A stretch of 64,000 nucleotides of DNA from an uncultured virus (IMG/VR IMGVR_UViG_3300000154_000005). Taxonomy: Duplodnaviria > Heunggongvirae > Uroviricota > Caudoviricetes. This document shows, in pieces, positions 8,277 through 18,985 of the stretch (position 1 is the stretch's first letter; each line of letters starts with the position of its first letter). The position numbers and the translations under genes are program-made. The stretch is taken from IMG/VR virus record IMGVR_UViG_3300000154_000005; one strand, written 5' to 3'. The notes beneath the pieces are model-generated. The model was not told the origin of the DNA. It saw only the letters and a list, made by a program, of their open reading frames with translations, and made no database searches.

Positions 8277-11200
8277 ATCCTGGGCGGTTTGCTCCATTGC
8301 ACTCATGTAATGGAGGCCAACCGGAACTTTCTCTTTGGTCCATGTTCCAGTACTAGGAATATAGACTCTTTCATCCAATTCAATCTTAAGAGTATCGGCA
8401 GCTTCCTTAATCATATCAAACGACGGAGTATTGAAAGGAGGAACTAAGTAGTTAAGTTGAAATTTCTCTTCTACTAGTTGAGTCTTGAGTTTGTGATCTT
8501 GAATAGTTTCAAACTTCTCAGTAACTGCATTAAGTTGTCGTTTGTCTTTAGTTGGATCGAGGATTTCATAAATAGAAAGTATTAGTTTCTTTGTAGTAGC
8601 AAGATTACGTCCAGCCCGTTTAGCGGCAATCTTTCGTAGGTTCCAGAAGATTTTTCCAATGTAGAGCTCTTTCAAGATACTCGTATTTTTTCTTCCCAGA
8701 ACTCCAGTAGGTGCAAGGAATATGTCAATTGGACCACTATCCTCACCTTTACATTCTTCTTCGAACACGGCCGTCACTACACCTTTAGCTCCATAACGGT
8801 TCGATAATTTATCTCCAGTCTGTAACTTCTTTGGAGAACGAATATAAAACTCAATCAATGCTCCTTCAAATAACTGTCCTCTAAACTTATGAGAACCAGT
8901 CTTTAACTGAGTAAGATCAATATTATCAGTCAACTTCTCTTTTTGATTTTTAGCATTAGCAGTCAAATGACGTTGAGTTGCTTTAATGTCACTAGCAATC
9001 TTCTTATGTCTAGATATAATGAAAGGATCGACATCTTTAGTACCATTAATCTTAATACGAATATCAACAATTTTACCACCAGGAGATATACGTTTGATTG
9101 TCTGCCCTACACCTTTCTCAATGATGGCCGCGGCATCTTCGGCAAAATCTTCATCTTCAATGTCATATGTATTCATATATTCATCGATAGTATTCACATA
9201 TTGAAATTCAATGAGGGAATCACCATTAACCGTATCTGTTTCTTTATTAATCATATCCAATACTTTGGCATTTGGTGGAATAATAATTGGAATTTTAATA
9301 ATAGACTCAGTGACAAAGTTATCAGTCATATCTTTACTAACACAGTATCCATCTTCATATGACTTACCGATATAGTTCATTACTGCCATGATTGTATTTC
9401 TACCACCAGTCATCATGTCACCATTAAACTGTTTACTCCAGGCTAATAATTGATCTTTCTTAAATTTATCGTTCTTTTTTAAAGTATTTAGAGATACTTG
9501 AATAGTTGAATTTCTTTTGGTTGTTGAGTACCGTGGCATTGTATCTAAAATATCAATATCACCATTGTCATATTGAACTTTAATAAATTCATTTTCTTTA
9601 GCATCTATAATTTTACCATTATGTTTAGCTTTATGAACGAATTTAGTACTTGCTAACTGAGCTGTAATATACTCAGCGCCAGTCTGTACAATTGGTGGTT
9701 CATCATCGAGAATAGGAACCTTTTGAGTCATATGTGTTCTAGCCATAACTAATCTATCCGAGTTCATTTGATTAACAAAGGGAATAAGTGCCTCGTCGAG
9801 ATTAAGACTACTATAATTATCAGGATCTGCGCCTTCAGTTGCCCCAGAATAAGTACCATAACGATTACTAAGCATAACCCCTAGAGTGTGGTGATTAATA
9901 GCTCCAACCTGGGCATATTCTGAAGTACTATGACTACTGATATTTCCAATATAAGATGGGTGAATGTTACGTTGTTCTTTGCGGAATGCTCGCTTATTCG
10001 GAATGCCACCTTTTCCAGTTTTCACTACTTTTGCAGCTTTTACTAACTCATCAACTGGACTAAATGACTCAACATATTCAATTGTGCTTCCACCATCAGA
10101 ACCACTATGAGCATGTCTCCCCAATAAATTATCAATAACATAGTTCTCCATTAAATAAATGTGCGCATCCTCATCTCCATAATCGAGATCATTTTTATAT
10201 TTATTATAAGCCATTTGTAGCTCATTATAAAGTATATGCATCATAATTTCAGACTGCCGGACTCTTACATTCTTTAAGTCAGCCGGATGAGATGGTTCAT
10301 CATTGAATAATTTATCCAATAGAGGACCTGCAACTACTTCTAATGGATTTGTTGGATGATCTTGGAACTCTAATAATCCTTTCGTAATCGGATCAACCAT
10401 GTTCTCGGAGAATAGTTCAATATTTACAGTCGCACGAGTACCATATTTCTCATTTAGATAATCTCCAACTGACTCAGTATCCGATAAATCATCTACTCCA
10501 AATCTTGAACGAGACCTTGGAATTGTCATCAATCCATTAACAAATAACTCTTGTTTAGGAGTCTCCGGATAGACGTATAGATTCTTCTTATCTTTTAATG
10601 AGAGAGAAACGTGTGATTTTCCTTTATCCTTCTCTCCAATATCATAATCAATTCCAAATCTAGTTAACGCTTCAATTAGTCCATATTGTTGCCATAATAA
10701 TAAGATTAACGGCAATTTAAAACCAATGAGGTAAATCTCTATATATGGAAAGGACTTCTTAGAAGAGCCTAATGTCTCTTCTGGATTCTCATTCTTCAAC
10801 AGACTAAATAGTTGTTCAAATAAGAACTCATTTTTATTCACAGTTTTGATTTCTTGATCGTCTTTAATTAAACTATATTTACCATTGACAAGCTCGATTT
10901 TAGAATCGTCTTTTTTATACGGTGTTTTAGAGTTAATATCTATAACCATATTATTAGAGAAAGTAACGGCACCTTTATCATTAGTAGAAGTAATTAAAGA
11001 ATTATATTTACGAGACACATAATCAATCAATTCTTGAATCTGAGTAACATTAAATCTAACATTATTAATCTTTAATGTTGTCATTGCATAATGACTAAGG
11101 AATTTTGCTTCATTATTCTTATCTTTAGTTACTGGATTAAGAAACTGTTGAGAAGAGGAGATATATTCTTTACCATTAAGTTTAAAGTATTTCTGATTAA

Positions 11201-12539
11201 TAAGTGCCGGAACACGTACTTTAAGATCATACGCATCTTTTCTACCGCCGACCATATTCTGAACAGTAATTGTAAATTCAAGATACCGATCCATATTATT
11301 ATCTTTATATTCAGACTTAATACTTTTGATTTTAAGAGGTTTCTTCTTATCTTCTAAAGATTTGAATAACTCTTTCACATTTTCTTTGATATTATCACTA
11401 TACTCAAATTCATGTCGAATTGGACCCGTTACTTTATTAAACTTAATAATCTTTGAAGGATCAATAGCCTGAGCATTTCTTGGAGTTGGATAATTAATAT
11501 CAACACTATATGTATTAACTTCAGATAACTTGGCAAATAACTTGGCAGGATCATCTAGATATTCTTGCTTTACTTCTTGATCATTAAATACAGAATAATG
11601 AATAGCTTTTAGAATAATCTGTTCTAACTCATCGTGATTTATATTCTGGGGATTAACAGCAACATATGAGTCAATAGCATGTTTAACATTATTAACAATT
11701 CCAGGATCGCGAATTTTATATTTTCTTAGTATTGCTGATAATTGTTTTTTATTAATCTCGGCTGAAGACTTAAACTCTTGACTATTCTCAACTTTCTTAA
11801 TAGTGGAAGAGATAGCTGGAGTAACTGCTGTTGATAACGGTGTCTCTTTGCTGGATTTTTCTATTTCTATTTGTTGTGGTTCGATATTAGATAGAAGTTT
11901 TCGAATCTTACTAATACCAGGCTTTAGTATTTGAGGTTCGCCTTTTTGACTAAAAGAAGCGAAAGGAAGAATAGTTGCACTATTTTCTCCAGCTATTACA
12001 GAAGCCAACATATATTTATCAAATATATTAATAGAAACACTATCTAATCTTTTCGCTATATCTAATAAATCAAATAACCCATCTGATGATTTGGATAATG
12101 TAAATAGAAGGGTTTGTTCAATACTTGGAAATTGTTTTTTAATAGATTGAAACTGCGCTTTTAAAGTCTCAAATAAATATAATGCAGCTTGTCGTTTATT
12201 TAAATGTTGACTAACTTCAAATATTCTTTTTGTTAATACTGTATGATCAATAATAATATACTTGGTTTCTGGGAGTTTGAATCTAGTAGATGTATATATT
12301 TTTACTGGTGTATTTTTTACGGCACTGGTATGGTAAGTTTTAGGATTAACTGTTTTTCCTGCGATTTTTATTGGGGATGTAGATATTACTATCCCATGTG
12401 CAGAGTTAATATTCAACCCACTATTTTTTATGGTTTTTACTACAGTTGTTTCAAATTCTGGTATAACATGAATAATCATTGGTCTATTTACAATAAGATT
12501 ATTTACAACTGTTGTTGGTTTTAATGATTTAATATTCAT
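8277..12539 (-). CDS. rpoB: RNAP-1 beta-like subunit, exon 1 (spliced product about 1522 aa)
   Basis: YFKLNGKEY, RNIHPSYIGNI, LIPFVNQMNSDRLVMARTHMTQ, SYEDG, GDKLSNRYGAKGVV motifs. Confidence 0.92.
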
Positions 12540-12579
12540 TTACAGATTAAATTTACTCCATTAAATGGTGTGTTTTTAC

Positions 12580-12600
12580 ATATTTTATATAGATATAATA
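12580..12600 (+). promoter_or_regulatory. Plus-strand promoter motif copy
   Basis: TATAGATATAAT upstream of the lone plus-strand gene. Confidence 0.7.
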
Positions 12601-12638
12601 AATTGTGATCATGCCTTACTATTTTATTGGAGACTCAT

Positions 12639-12818
12639 ATGTCTGATGCAAAATCGAAGAACCCATCAAAACAAGCAGCGACTCCTGGAACAACGCCCCA
12701 CTGGAGTGATTTTTGTCATCGACATAATGTGTCGATTCCAAAAGGAACAAAGACGAGTAAAGTGACTCGTCCAGGTAAAACATACGCCAAGCGACATGGT
12801 TTAACCTGTTCCCAATAG
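12639..12818 (+). CDS. Small basic hypothetical protein
   Basis: GGAG ribosome binding site before ATG (MSDAKSK); own promoter motif and downstream terminator. Confidence 0.65.
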   Translation: MSDAKSKNPSKQAATPGTTPHWSDFCHRHNVSIPKGTKTSKVTRPGKTYAKRHGLTCSQ

Positions 12819-12827
12819 TTTGAGTGG

Positions 12828-12862
12828 TTGGGTGGGATATTAATTTATCTCACCCAATTTTT
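12828..12862. terminator. Terminator hairpin between convergent genes
   Basis: ttgggtgggata/tatctcacccaa followed by a T-run. Confidence 0.75.
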
Positions 12863-13206
12863 TATTTGTCTTCAAAGAATGTAGATAGATGTTTCCGTAG
12901 GGAAGTTATATTATCGATAAACCAGAAATTCTCTCCTTTATCTTCTACCCATTTTCGTTTAGTATCTATTTTCTTTAAATAATGTTTACTTGTATATGAG
13001 GAACACTCTACCCATGCTTTATATTCTTCGAAATAAAAATCACAGGTATGTTTTCTTCCATCAGAATGATACTTTTTCTGACGTGAAAAATTAGATCTAT
13101 CAAAATATTCTAATAGTACTTGAAATACTCCTATTTCAAATTTAGAATGGAAGATTTCACCATTGAATGGTATTTTCCTACTTCTCTTATTTCTTCTTCG
13201 TCTCAT
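12862..13206 (-). CDS. PD-(D/E)XK-like endonuclease
   Basis: HSKFE..., CDFYF...WVEC pattern. Confidence 0.55.
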   Translation of the reverse strand: MRRRRNKRSRKIPFNGEIFHSKFEIGVFQVLLEYFDRSNFSRQKKYHSDGRKHTCDFYFEEYKAWVECSSYTSKHYLKKIDTKRKWVEDKGENFWFIDNITSLRKHLSTFFEDK

Positions 13207-13231
13207 ATTATAATATCTTTATATTGGAAAT

Positions 13232-13753
13232 TTACTCAAATATTTCCATGAGTAAATAGTTATCTTTGTATAATTCATAAAAATTATATTTTAATAAATC
13301 TCGCATTTCATAGACGTGAAAAGGAATAGTATTTCCACTATCTTGAATATTAATAGTTAAAGGACTATAGAAATTAAAAGGAGTATCTGTAATTATTAAA
13401 GGAGCTCTTCCATGGTATCTTACTATTAACCAACAAATACATTGCTGTTCTGTCCGTTCTGATAATAACTTCGTAAGCCATTGTCGTAACATCTTTTGAT
13501 TATTAAAGGTTGGAATGTTGTCTTTATATCCATTCTTTCCTTCAATTAAAAACGGAAATGAACTCCATCTAATAGGAGCGACTGGAACTACATCTCCGAC
13601 ATAATGCTGAACTTTTTGAGCGCCACTTGTTGGCTCTCGCTTCAATATATGAGGATCATTAAAAAGCCAAATAGATAAGGATTTAGCTATTTCTCTTTCA
13701 AATTTACCTCCTTTTGCTTTTGATTTTGTTGCTGCTGACATTGCTGCTCCCAA
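13232..13753 (-). CDS. Holliday junction resolvase-like nuclease (PD-(D/E)XK)
   Basis: SKAKGGKFEREIAK, SGA..GD, IEGKN motifs. Confidence 0.75.
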   Translation of the reverse strand: MGAAMSAATKSKAKGGKFEREIAKSLSIWLFNDPHILKREPTSGAQKVQHYVGDVVPVAPIRWSSFPFLIEGKNGYKDNIPTFNNQKMLRQWLTKLLSERTEQQCICWLIVRYHGRAPLIITDTPFNFYSPLTINIQDSGNTIPFHVYEMRDLLKYNFYELYKDNYLLMEIFE

Positions 13754-13764
13754 TAATTTGGTGA

Positions 13765-14421
13765 TTATAATTTACTGAATTCTTCATTTAACACTTTTTC
13801 AATAGGATTATTTTTAATATTCTTTTCAGATACTAAAGCCTTTGAAATAGAAGTGTCGATATTCCTGTATGATATACCAGAAAGCCAAGAATCTTCTAGT
13901 GCGATATTAGTCTGCCCTAATACATTACAGTTTTTATAATTCCCTTTCTCTCGGCAGACTTTACCATCATCAGTTCTCATCATATTCGATATGATTAATT
14001 CCAAATGAACTAAATCACTACCAGGAAGCATTTGCTGAAGCATTTGAAGAAGGGTTGATGGGTCTTTAATGTATTTAATACGACCCTGTAATAACTTAAT
14101 CAATACTCGCATATCTAATCCAGACTCTGCAAATTCTTGATGAATGATAATATCACCTTCTTCATAATTAATATGAATATCATCTTTTTCATCAATTACA
14201 TTTTTTGATTTCATTAGATTAACATCATAATTTAAAATAATATGAATAACGTCATCTTCATCTGGAAAATAAATGTCTATAATACCTGGCAAATTGATAA
14301 ATTTATTAGTATTAAGTATCGTTTCTTTATCATATTCTTTTAAATTGATAGAGACGGTGCATTTTTTCTTAGCTACAATTTCATGATCTGTTATATCTAA
14401 ATACTTCGTTGTTTTTAACAT
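13765..14421 (-). CDS. rpoC: RNAP-1 beta' C-terminal fragment
   Basis: VHLELIISNMMR resembles KHIEVIVRQMLR; SWLSGISYRN resembles SFISAASFQE. Confidence 0.75.
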   Translation of the reverse strand: MLKTTKYLDITDHEIVAKKKCTVSINLKEYDKETILNTNKFINLPGIIDIYFPDEDDVIHIILNYDVNLMKSKNVIDEKDDIHINYEEGDIIIHQEFAESGLDMRVLIKLLQGRIKYIKDPSTLLQMLQQMLPGSDLVHLELIISNMMRTDDGKVCREKGNYKNCNVLGQTNIALEDSWLSGISYRNIDTSISKALVSEKNIKNNPIEKVLNEEFSKL

Positions 14422-14584
14422 TAAGTAACCTTTGGTTTACATAATTAATATTTTAAATTGTTAGAATATATAATAATCACAACTATAATAATAAATAAAG
14501 ATATGATTAAAATTGACTGTAACATTATTAACCTCTTTATAATGTCAAATAAAAGAGTAATGTTACTTACTCTTTAAGGTTGTT

Positions 14585-14942
14585 TGGTGGAGGTGGCGGG
14601 AATCGAACCCGCGTCCAGAATAACTATTTAATTAATCAGGATATACGACTATTTTGCTAGTATTATAGTCTAAAGAACCTAGCAATCCTCTTCGACTCAT
14701 GTACCGTCATGATGCACGATGCCCTTTTGATTAACTGGCGGCTATTATCCAGCTTGTATTTGGTCTTACGACCTTCTGTTGCCACGCCCGGACGGGCGCC
14801 GTTTACTCTTTACTGTTTAAGCAGCGAGAGCAACAGGTGCGTAGAATTCATCATTGGCACCTAAAGTTTTAGCCTGTTACGGTAGCACTATACCGAGTCG
14901 CCTAATCATCGTTCACTACCCTGTCGAAACCAGTACACCCCC
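14585..14942 (-). ncRNA. ssrA: tmRNA, tag (A)ANDEFYAPVALAA
   Basis: 5' GGGGGUG pairs with CACCUCC-ACCA, giving G3.U70; T-arm GGGTTCGATTCCC; tag frame 14858-14817. Confidence 0.96.
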
Positions 14943-14955
14943 AATTAAGACTAGT

Positions 14956-15078
14956 TTAGAAACAAATAGTATCAATACCATCCATTTCATACTTTACCGG
15001 ATTTTCCGGCTTAGGTTTTTCTTGGCAAAGACAAGTTGCACATGTTTCTTCACAGTCACACATATCTTTTGATTCCAT
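14956..15078 (-). CDS. Small Cys-rich peptide
   Basis: GAGGAG ribosome binding site before MESKDMCDC; promoter motif at about 15125. Confidence 0.45.
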   Translation of the reverse strand: MESKDMCDCEETCATCLCQEKPKPENPVKYEMDGIDTICF

Positions 15079-15191
15079 CTTACTCTCCTCTGAGTTAATT
15101 AACAGACGTTTTTGATACTTATTTATATCTATATCAAAACTTTGAAAAAATTGTTTCTGACTCATATTAGTAATCCCGCCGTTAACATTAT

Positions 15192-15764
15192 TTACTCACA
15201 AAACCTACAACTAGTGCCACATTTTAACCATTCTTCAGAACCTTCAGCATAACCATCAATTACATTTTTATCTTTATATGAAGGTACTTTATAAGTATGA
15301 CATAAAACATTCATACATCGTTCACAAGAAGTTGCATATATTATGATTGCATCCCCCAATGAATAATCACCACTATTAGCTATTGCCAACACAGCATCAG
15401 AAGACCAAGAGGATTCGAATCCTATATGGGGATGACAAGATCCGGAATCCCATTCACTTTCCCATTCTTCTTGCCATTCTTTTACTTGTGTTCCACCACA
15501 TAATTTACATTCTCTTCCTACAGAACCTTCAACCCATCCACCAGTTGGTCTGATTTCTTTTTTAGGATGCATACAGTCACGTACTTTTTCATTAGGAACT
15601 ATATACAATGAAGATTCTCTTAATATATTAGAAAATCTAGAAAACTGATAACAAAATCCTCTAGGCGGATCAGGTAATCCTTGCTCTTCTGGGTCTTGAA
15701 ACCATTTCTCTCCATCTTCATTTTCATACCAAATATTTACTAAATGTTCTTTTTTGATTTTCAT
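15192..15764 (-). CDS. Cys-rich hypothetical protein
   Basis: Several CxxC pairs. Confidence 0.6.
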   Translation of the reverse strand: MKIKKEHLVNIWYENEDGEKWFQDPEEQGLPDPPRGFCYQFSRFSNILRESSLYIVPNEKVRDCMHPKKEIRPTGGWVEGSVGRECKLCGGTQVKEWQEEWESEWDSGSCHPHIGFESSWSSDAVLAIANSGDYSLGDAIIIYATSCERCMNVLCHTYKVPSYKDKNVIDGYAEGSEEWLKCGTSCRFCE

Positions 15765-16045
15765 TTTATTCTCAATTTATGTCTCAGAAGTTCTATATCG
15801 AATTTTTTATTATCTTTTCCAATATATTGATGCATATTTTTTGTAGACCATTCAGTCATAATACGATATTCTTCTGTTTCTATATTAAAATGTTTAATAT
15901 ATGGGAGTGGGCCAGTATTACTATGAGCGAATAATGGATTTAAATGAAATGAGTGATATTTATTTAGTGTTATTTCTATATTATCATCTAAATCCATATT
16001 ATTTAATATATACTTACAAGTATCAAAGAATTCAAAAAAAGTCAT
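15761..16045 (-). CDS. Hypothetical protein with the [KR]Lxxx tail (paralog of 16383, 16673)
   Basis: F.EF..TC..I N-terminus; ends ELLRHKLRIK. Confidence 0.65.
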   Translation of the reverse strand: MTFFEFFDTCKYILNNMDLDDNIEITLNKYHSFHLNPLFAHSNTGPLPYIKHFNIETEEYRIMTEWSTKNMHQYIGKDNKKFDIELLRHKLRIK

Positions 16046-16386
16046 AGTGTTCTATATACAAATGTTTTCAACCCTTTATTTTTAGCATCATAGATCATAT
16101 GTTTAGTACCTCTACTTTTACCATCCCATACTGCGATTAAAGCATCAGAATAGTCCGCCATTTGACTATTCCTAATTGGCCCTGCTTTCCGACCATAGTG
16201 ATCCCAATTAGCAGGAAATTGACGTACAAGTACACCATTTTCTCTTGCCCATCGCTCACCAAGAGAATCGACACCTTTAGCCATACCACTAACAACTTCA
16301 GTAATAAACCATCCGGCACCATTTACTGCTTTATATATAGTACCAAGATTAGTAATTGTACGACTTCCAGCTATAATAGTTTTCAT
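16042..16386 (-). CDS. SLOG-family (YspA/DUF2493-like) protein
   Basis: IIAGSR, VVSGMAKGVD, AGPIRNSQM, WDGKSRGTKHMI. Confidence 0.85.
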   Translation of the reverse strand: MKTIIAGSRTITNLGTIYKAVNGAGWFITEVVSGMAKGVDSLGERWARENGVLVRQFPANWDHYGRKAGPIRNSQMADYSDALIAVWDGKSRGTKHMIYDAKNKGLKTFVYRTL

Positions 16387-16676
16387 GATAACTCCAATTT
16401 CTTTTTTAACAACTCATTATATATGTCATTTATTTTATCAGCATTATCTAATATATATCCATAAACACTCTGATAGCATCCAGTAGTAGTATCTTCTATA
16501 CATATTTGGGTTAAAATCTCTTTAATACAAACAGCTGGATAAGTGCCCCACATAGTAGAATGTGCAGAATCGACATATATAGCATGTTTTTCATTTAAAG
16601 GAATAATCATATGTTTTGGATATTTAATCTTTGTGAATATAAAATCACATACTTCCTGAAATTCAAACTGAGTCAT
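16383..16676 (-). CDS. Hypothetical protein with the [KR]Lxxx tail
   Basis: Ends YNELLKKKLELS. Confidence 0.65.
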   Translation of the reverse strand: MTQFEFQEVCDFIFTKIKYPKHMIIPLNEKHAIYVDSAHSTMWGTYPAVCIKEILTQICIEDTTTGCYQSVYGYILDNADKINDIYNELLKKKLELS

Positions 16677-16972
16677 AACCTCTCCAGTTTGTATTTTACT
16701 AACTCATTTGTAAGAGATGGAGTTAGTAACTCTTTCTCTATTAACCAATTATAAATATCCACATACCCATGAATATTAAACACTTGATATAGTTTCCTAT
16801 ATCTATTCCAATATCTAATATAAGGAAACGGGACAGCTCCACCTCTCATATATAGAGTGCTTAATTTTAAATCATATTTATCCGATAATGGAATATGTAT
16901 TTCATTATTATCAATAGGATGTGGATTCATCATTATAAAATGACAAGTATTTTGAAACTGTTCTAATATCAC
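16673..16972 (-). CDS. Hypothetical protein with the [KR]Lxxx tail
   Basis: Ends TNELVKYKLERL. Confidence 0.65.
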   Translation of the reverse strand: MILEQFQNTCHFIMMNPHPIDNNEIHIPLSDKYDLKLSTLYMRGGAVPFPYIRYWNRYRKLYQVFNIHGYVDIYNWLIEKELLTPSLTNELVKYKLERL

Positions 16973-17550
16973 AATACCCCAGACTTAGCTAAATCAATCA
17001 CATCTTTCATATCCATTCCTTGCTTCGTCATCATTAGAATAGTCATAGGATCGACTTTTTTTGAATCAGCTAAGAGTTTTTCAGCTTCTTTCTTAATCGC
17101 TTCTTTCATTACACTATCAAAATTATCTTTTACGGCCGCCATTTCAGTTCTAATAACCTCTTGAATTTCTTCTTTCGATTGAACATGAGTAAGAGTACTT
17201 TCTACTCTATCTAGATTTTTCTGTACTACACTTAGATCATTTCTTAATTTAGATATTGATGAATTAAAATCTTTTGTGTCAGAAGCAACGTCTTCAAAAT
17301 CAGATGTTAATGTATTAATAGATGCGTCGATACTTGATAATTCTTCTTGTTGAGAGTCTAGTATGTCTTTTTTAATTGCTTCAGAAACAGAATTATATAA
17401 TCCAATTGGGTATTCAGTTGTTGAATTTAGATTAAAGAATACAAGTGTATCCCCAGATTTAAATAGTTTATTTGTATATTTAGTTGGATATGTGTAATCG
17501 CCATTTTCTTGCTTTTCCATAGATGGCATTTGAAATAGTTGTTCGATCAT
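16969..17550 (-). CDS. Coiled-coil hypothetical protein
   Basis: Heptad pattern in the central part; GGGAG ribosome binding site. Confidence 0.6.
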   Translation of the reverse strand: MIEQLFQMPSMEKQENGDYTYPTKYTNKLFKSGDTLVFFNLNSTTEYPIGLYNSVSEAIKKDILDSQQEELSSIDASINTLTSDFEDVASDTKDFNSSISKLRNDLSVVQKNLDRVESTLTHVQSKEEIQEVIRTEMAAVKDNFDSVMKEAIKKEAEKLLADSKKVDPMTILMMTKQGMDMKDVIDLAKSGVL

Positions 17551-17576
17551 TAATTCTGCTCCCGTGAATGTATTAT

Positions 17577-17813
17577 CTAACCATTTTCAATTATCTTAAT
17601 AATCGAATCTGAAGATAGATAAATTTGAATTTTATTATTTTGTAATACATGTTCAACTGTGCAATTAAAGTCCCCACTATCTGTGAGGTGACCATCTTTT
17701 AATCGATAGCCTTGTTCTGGTGTATATCCAGTATGTTCCAATAAGAAGTGGAAGAACCCATCATTTTCAGGTGGATTCTTCTCTTCTGAAACAATTTGAA
17801 ATGGATTAAGCAA
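17577..17813 (-). CDS. Hypothetical protein
   Basis: AGGAG ribosome binding site with TTG start; promoter motif at about 17852-17865. Confidence 0.55.
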   Translation of the reverse strand: MLNPFQIVSEEKNPPENDGFFHFLLEHTGYTPEQGYRLKDGHLTDSGDFNCTVEHVLQNNKIQIYLSSDSIIKIIENG

Positions 17814-17875
17814 AGTATTAGTTCTCCTATTTATTGACGGTTCTATAGATTATAATATCTATATATAATAATCAA

Positions 17876-18976
17876 TTACACCAACTGTATCATATCTTTA
17901 TTAAAATCTGTCTTTTGTTTACTTACTCGACTAGCCGAATGTCGGGCAGCCATAGCGTAACCCTCTAATCCTTCAGTATTAATAATAGCTGAGGTAAGAA
18001 CCCCGATGTATTTAGTATCGATGTTTTTACTAAGTTCACCATAACATATTTTACATATGTTATTATTTTTTTGTTTGCAGTATAATGGGGATCTTAGTTG
18101 TATAGTTTTTCCAATTAATTTTGAGGGGTCTTTAATAGTATCTAATGCATTTGTTTTGGGATTAATATAATATCTATTTTTAATTGTATTAGCAATAGAG
18201 GCTGTCACTACTACATTTAAATATTTTTTTGTCTTACAGTCATCACCTTCAATCATAGTATTTGAATTAGCATATACTACATCTCTAGCCAATGCTCCCG
18301 GTTCGGCGGCACCAGAAGATCTAATAAATAGTGCTCCTCTAGCCTCAGCCGCATTATTATAAAACTCTTTAAGAGTAAATCCATCAGTAACACTATTTGT
18401 AGAAACTGGAGATGTGATATTCTCAATATCTACTGCGGCCCCTTTAGCAAGTAATAATAGAGCAATATCTTGAGGTCTTGCTTTACCACTAGCTTTAGAC
18501 ATTATGAATTTATATAATCCTTCGTCATTATCTTTCATATGATCTATTAATTCATTTACCAATTTTAATATTTGAACATTAAATTCAACTGCATCCAGTT
18601 CTTTCGATACAATCTCTTCTTTCTTCTTTTTTATATGTTCTGGTAAGATAAAAGCTGTCGCACTAAAACTAACAGGATTAATACTAGACATTTTAAAAGC
18701 TTCTTTATTTATTAATGATACAACTCTAGAGGCTTCCATTGGCTCATACTTCTTTCCTATTTCAGAAATAATATCGCCTAATACTTGTTTATTGACAGCT
18801 TCATCTATTAATCGAAAATTATCTGGTAATAATATATTAAACCATATTCTACCAATCTTCATGTTATTTGATTTTCCTTTAGTCTTTTTAGGATGGCTAA
18901 AGGAATAGATAGAATTAATAGTAACTTCTTCTTTTTTTAATTCTTCATATACTTCTTCTAATGTTGTTAATGTCAT
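17876..18976 (-). CDS. rpoC: RNAP-1 beta' middle fragment (bridge helix, Zn site, trigger loop)
   Basis: GFTLKEFYNNAAEARGAL..GALAR, DDCKT, LRSPLYC..ICKICYG. Confidence 0.88.
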   Translation of the reverse strand: MTLTTLEEVYEELKKEEVTINSIYSFSHPKKTKGKSNNMKIGRIWFNILLPDNFRLIDEAVNKQVLGDIISEIGKKYEPMEASRVVSLINKEAFKMSSINPVSFSATAFILPEHIKKKKEEIVSKELDAVEFNVQILKLVNELIDHMKDNDEGLYKFIMSKASGKARPQDIALLLLAKGAAVDIENITSPVSTNSVTDGFTLKEFYNNAAEARGALFIRSSGAAEPGALARDVVYANSNTMIEGDDCKTKKYLNVVVTASIANTIKNRYYINPKTNALDTIKDPSKLIGKTIQLRSPLYCKQKNNNICKICYGELSKNIDTKYIGVLTSAIINTEGLEGYAMAARHSASRVSKQKTDFNKDMIQLV

Positions 18977-18985
18977 ATCATTTAC

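Noticed and set aside
8943..12524. Antisense ORFs inside large genes (e.g. 8943, 11091, 12243, and similarly 19791, 20934, 40074, 55285)
   Set aside because: Shadow frames of well-supported minus-strand genes with low-information translations
14854..15072. Plus-strand ORF
   Set aside because: Antisense to the tmRNA
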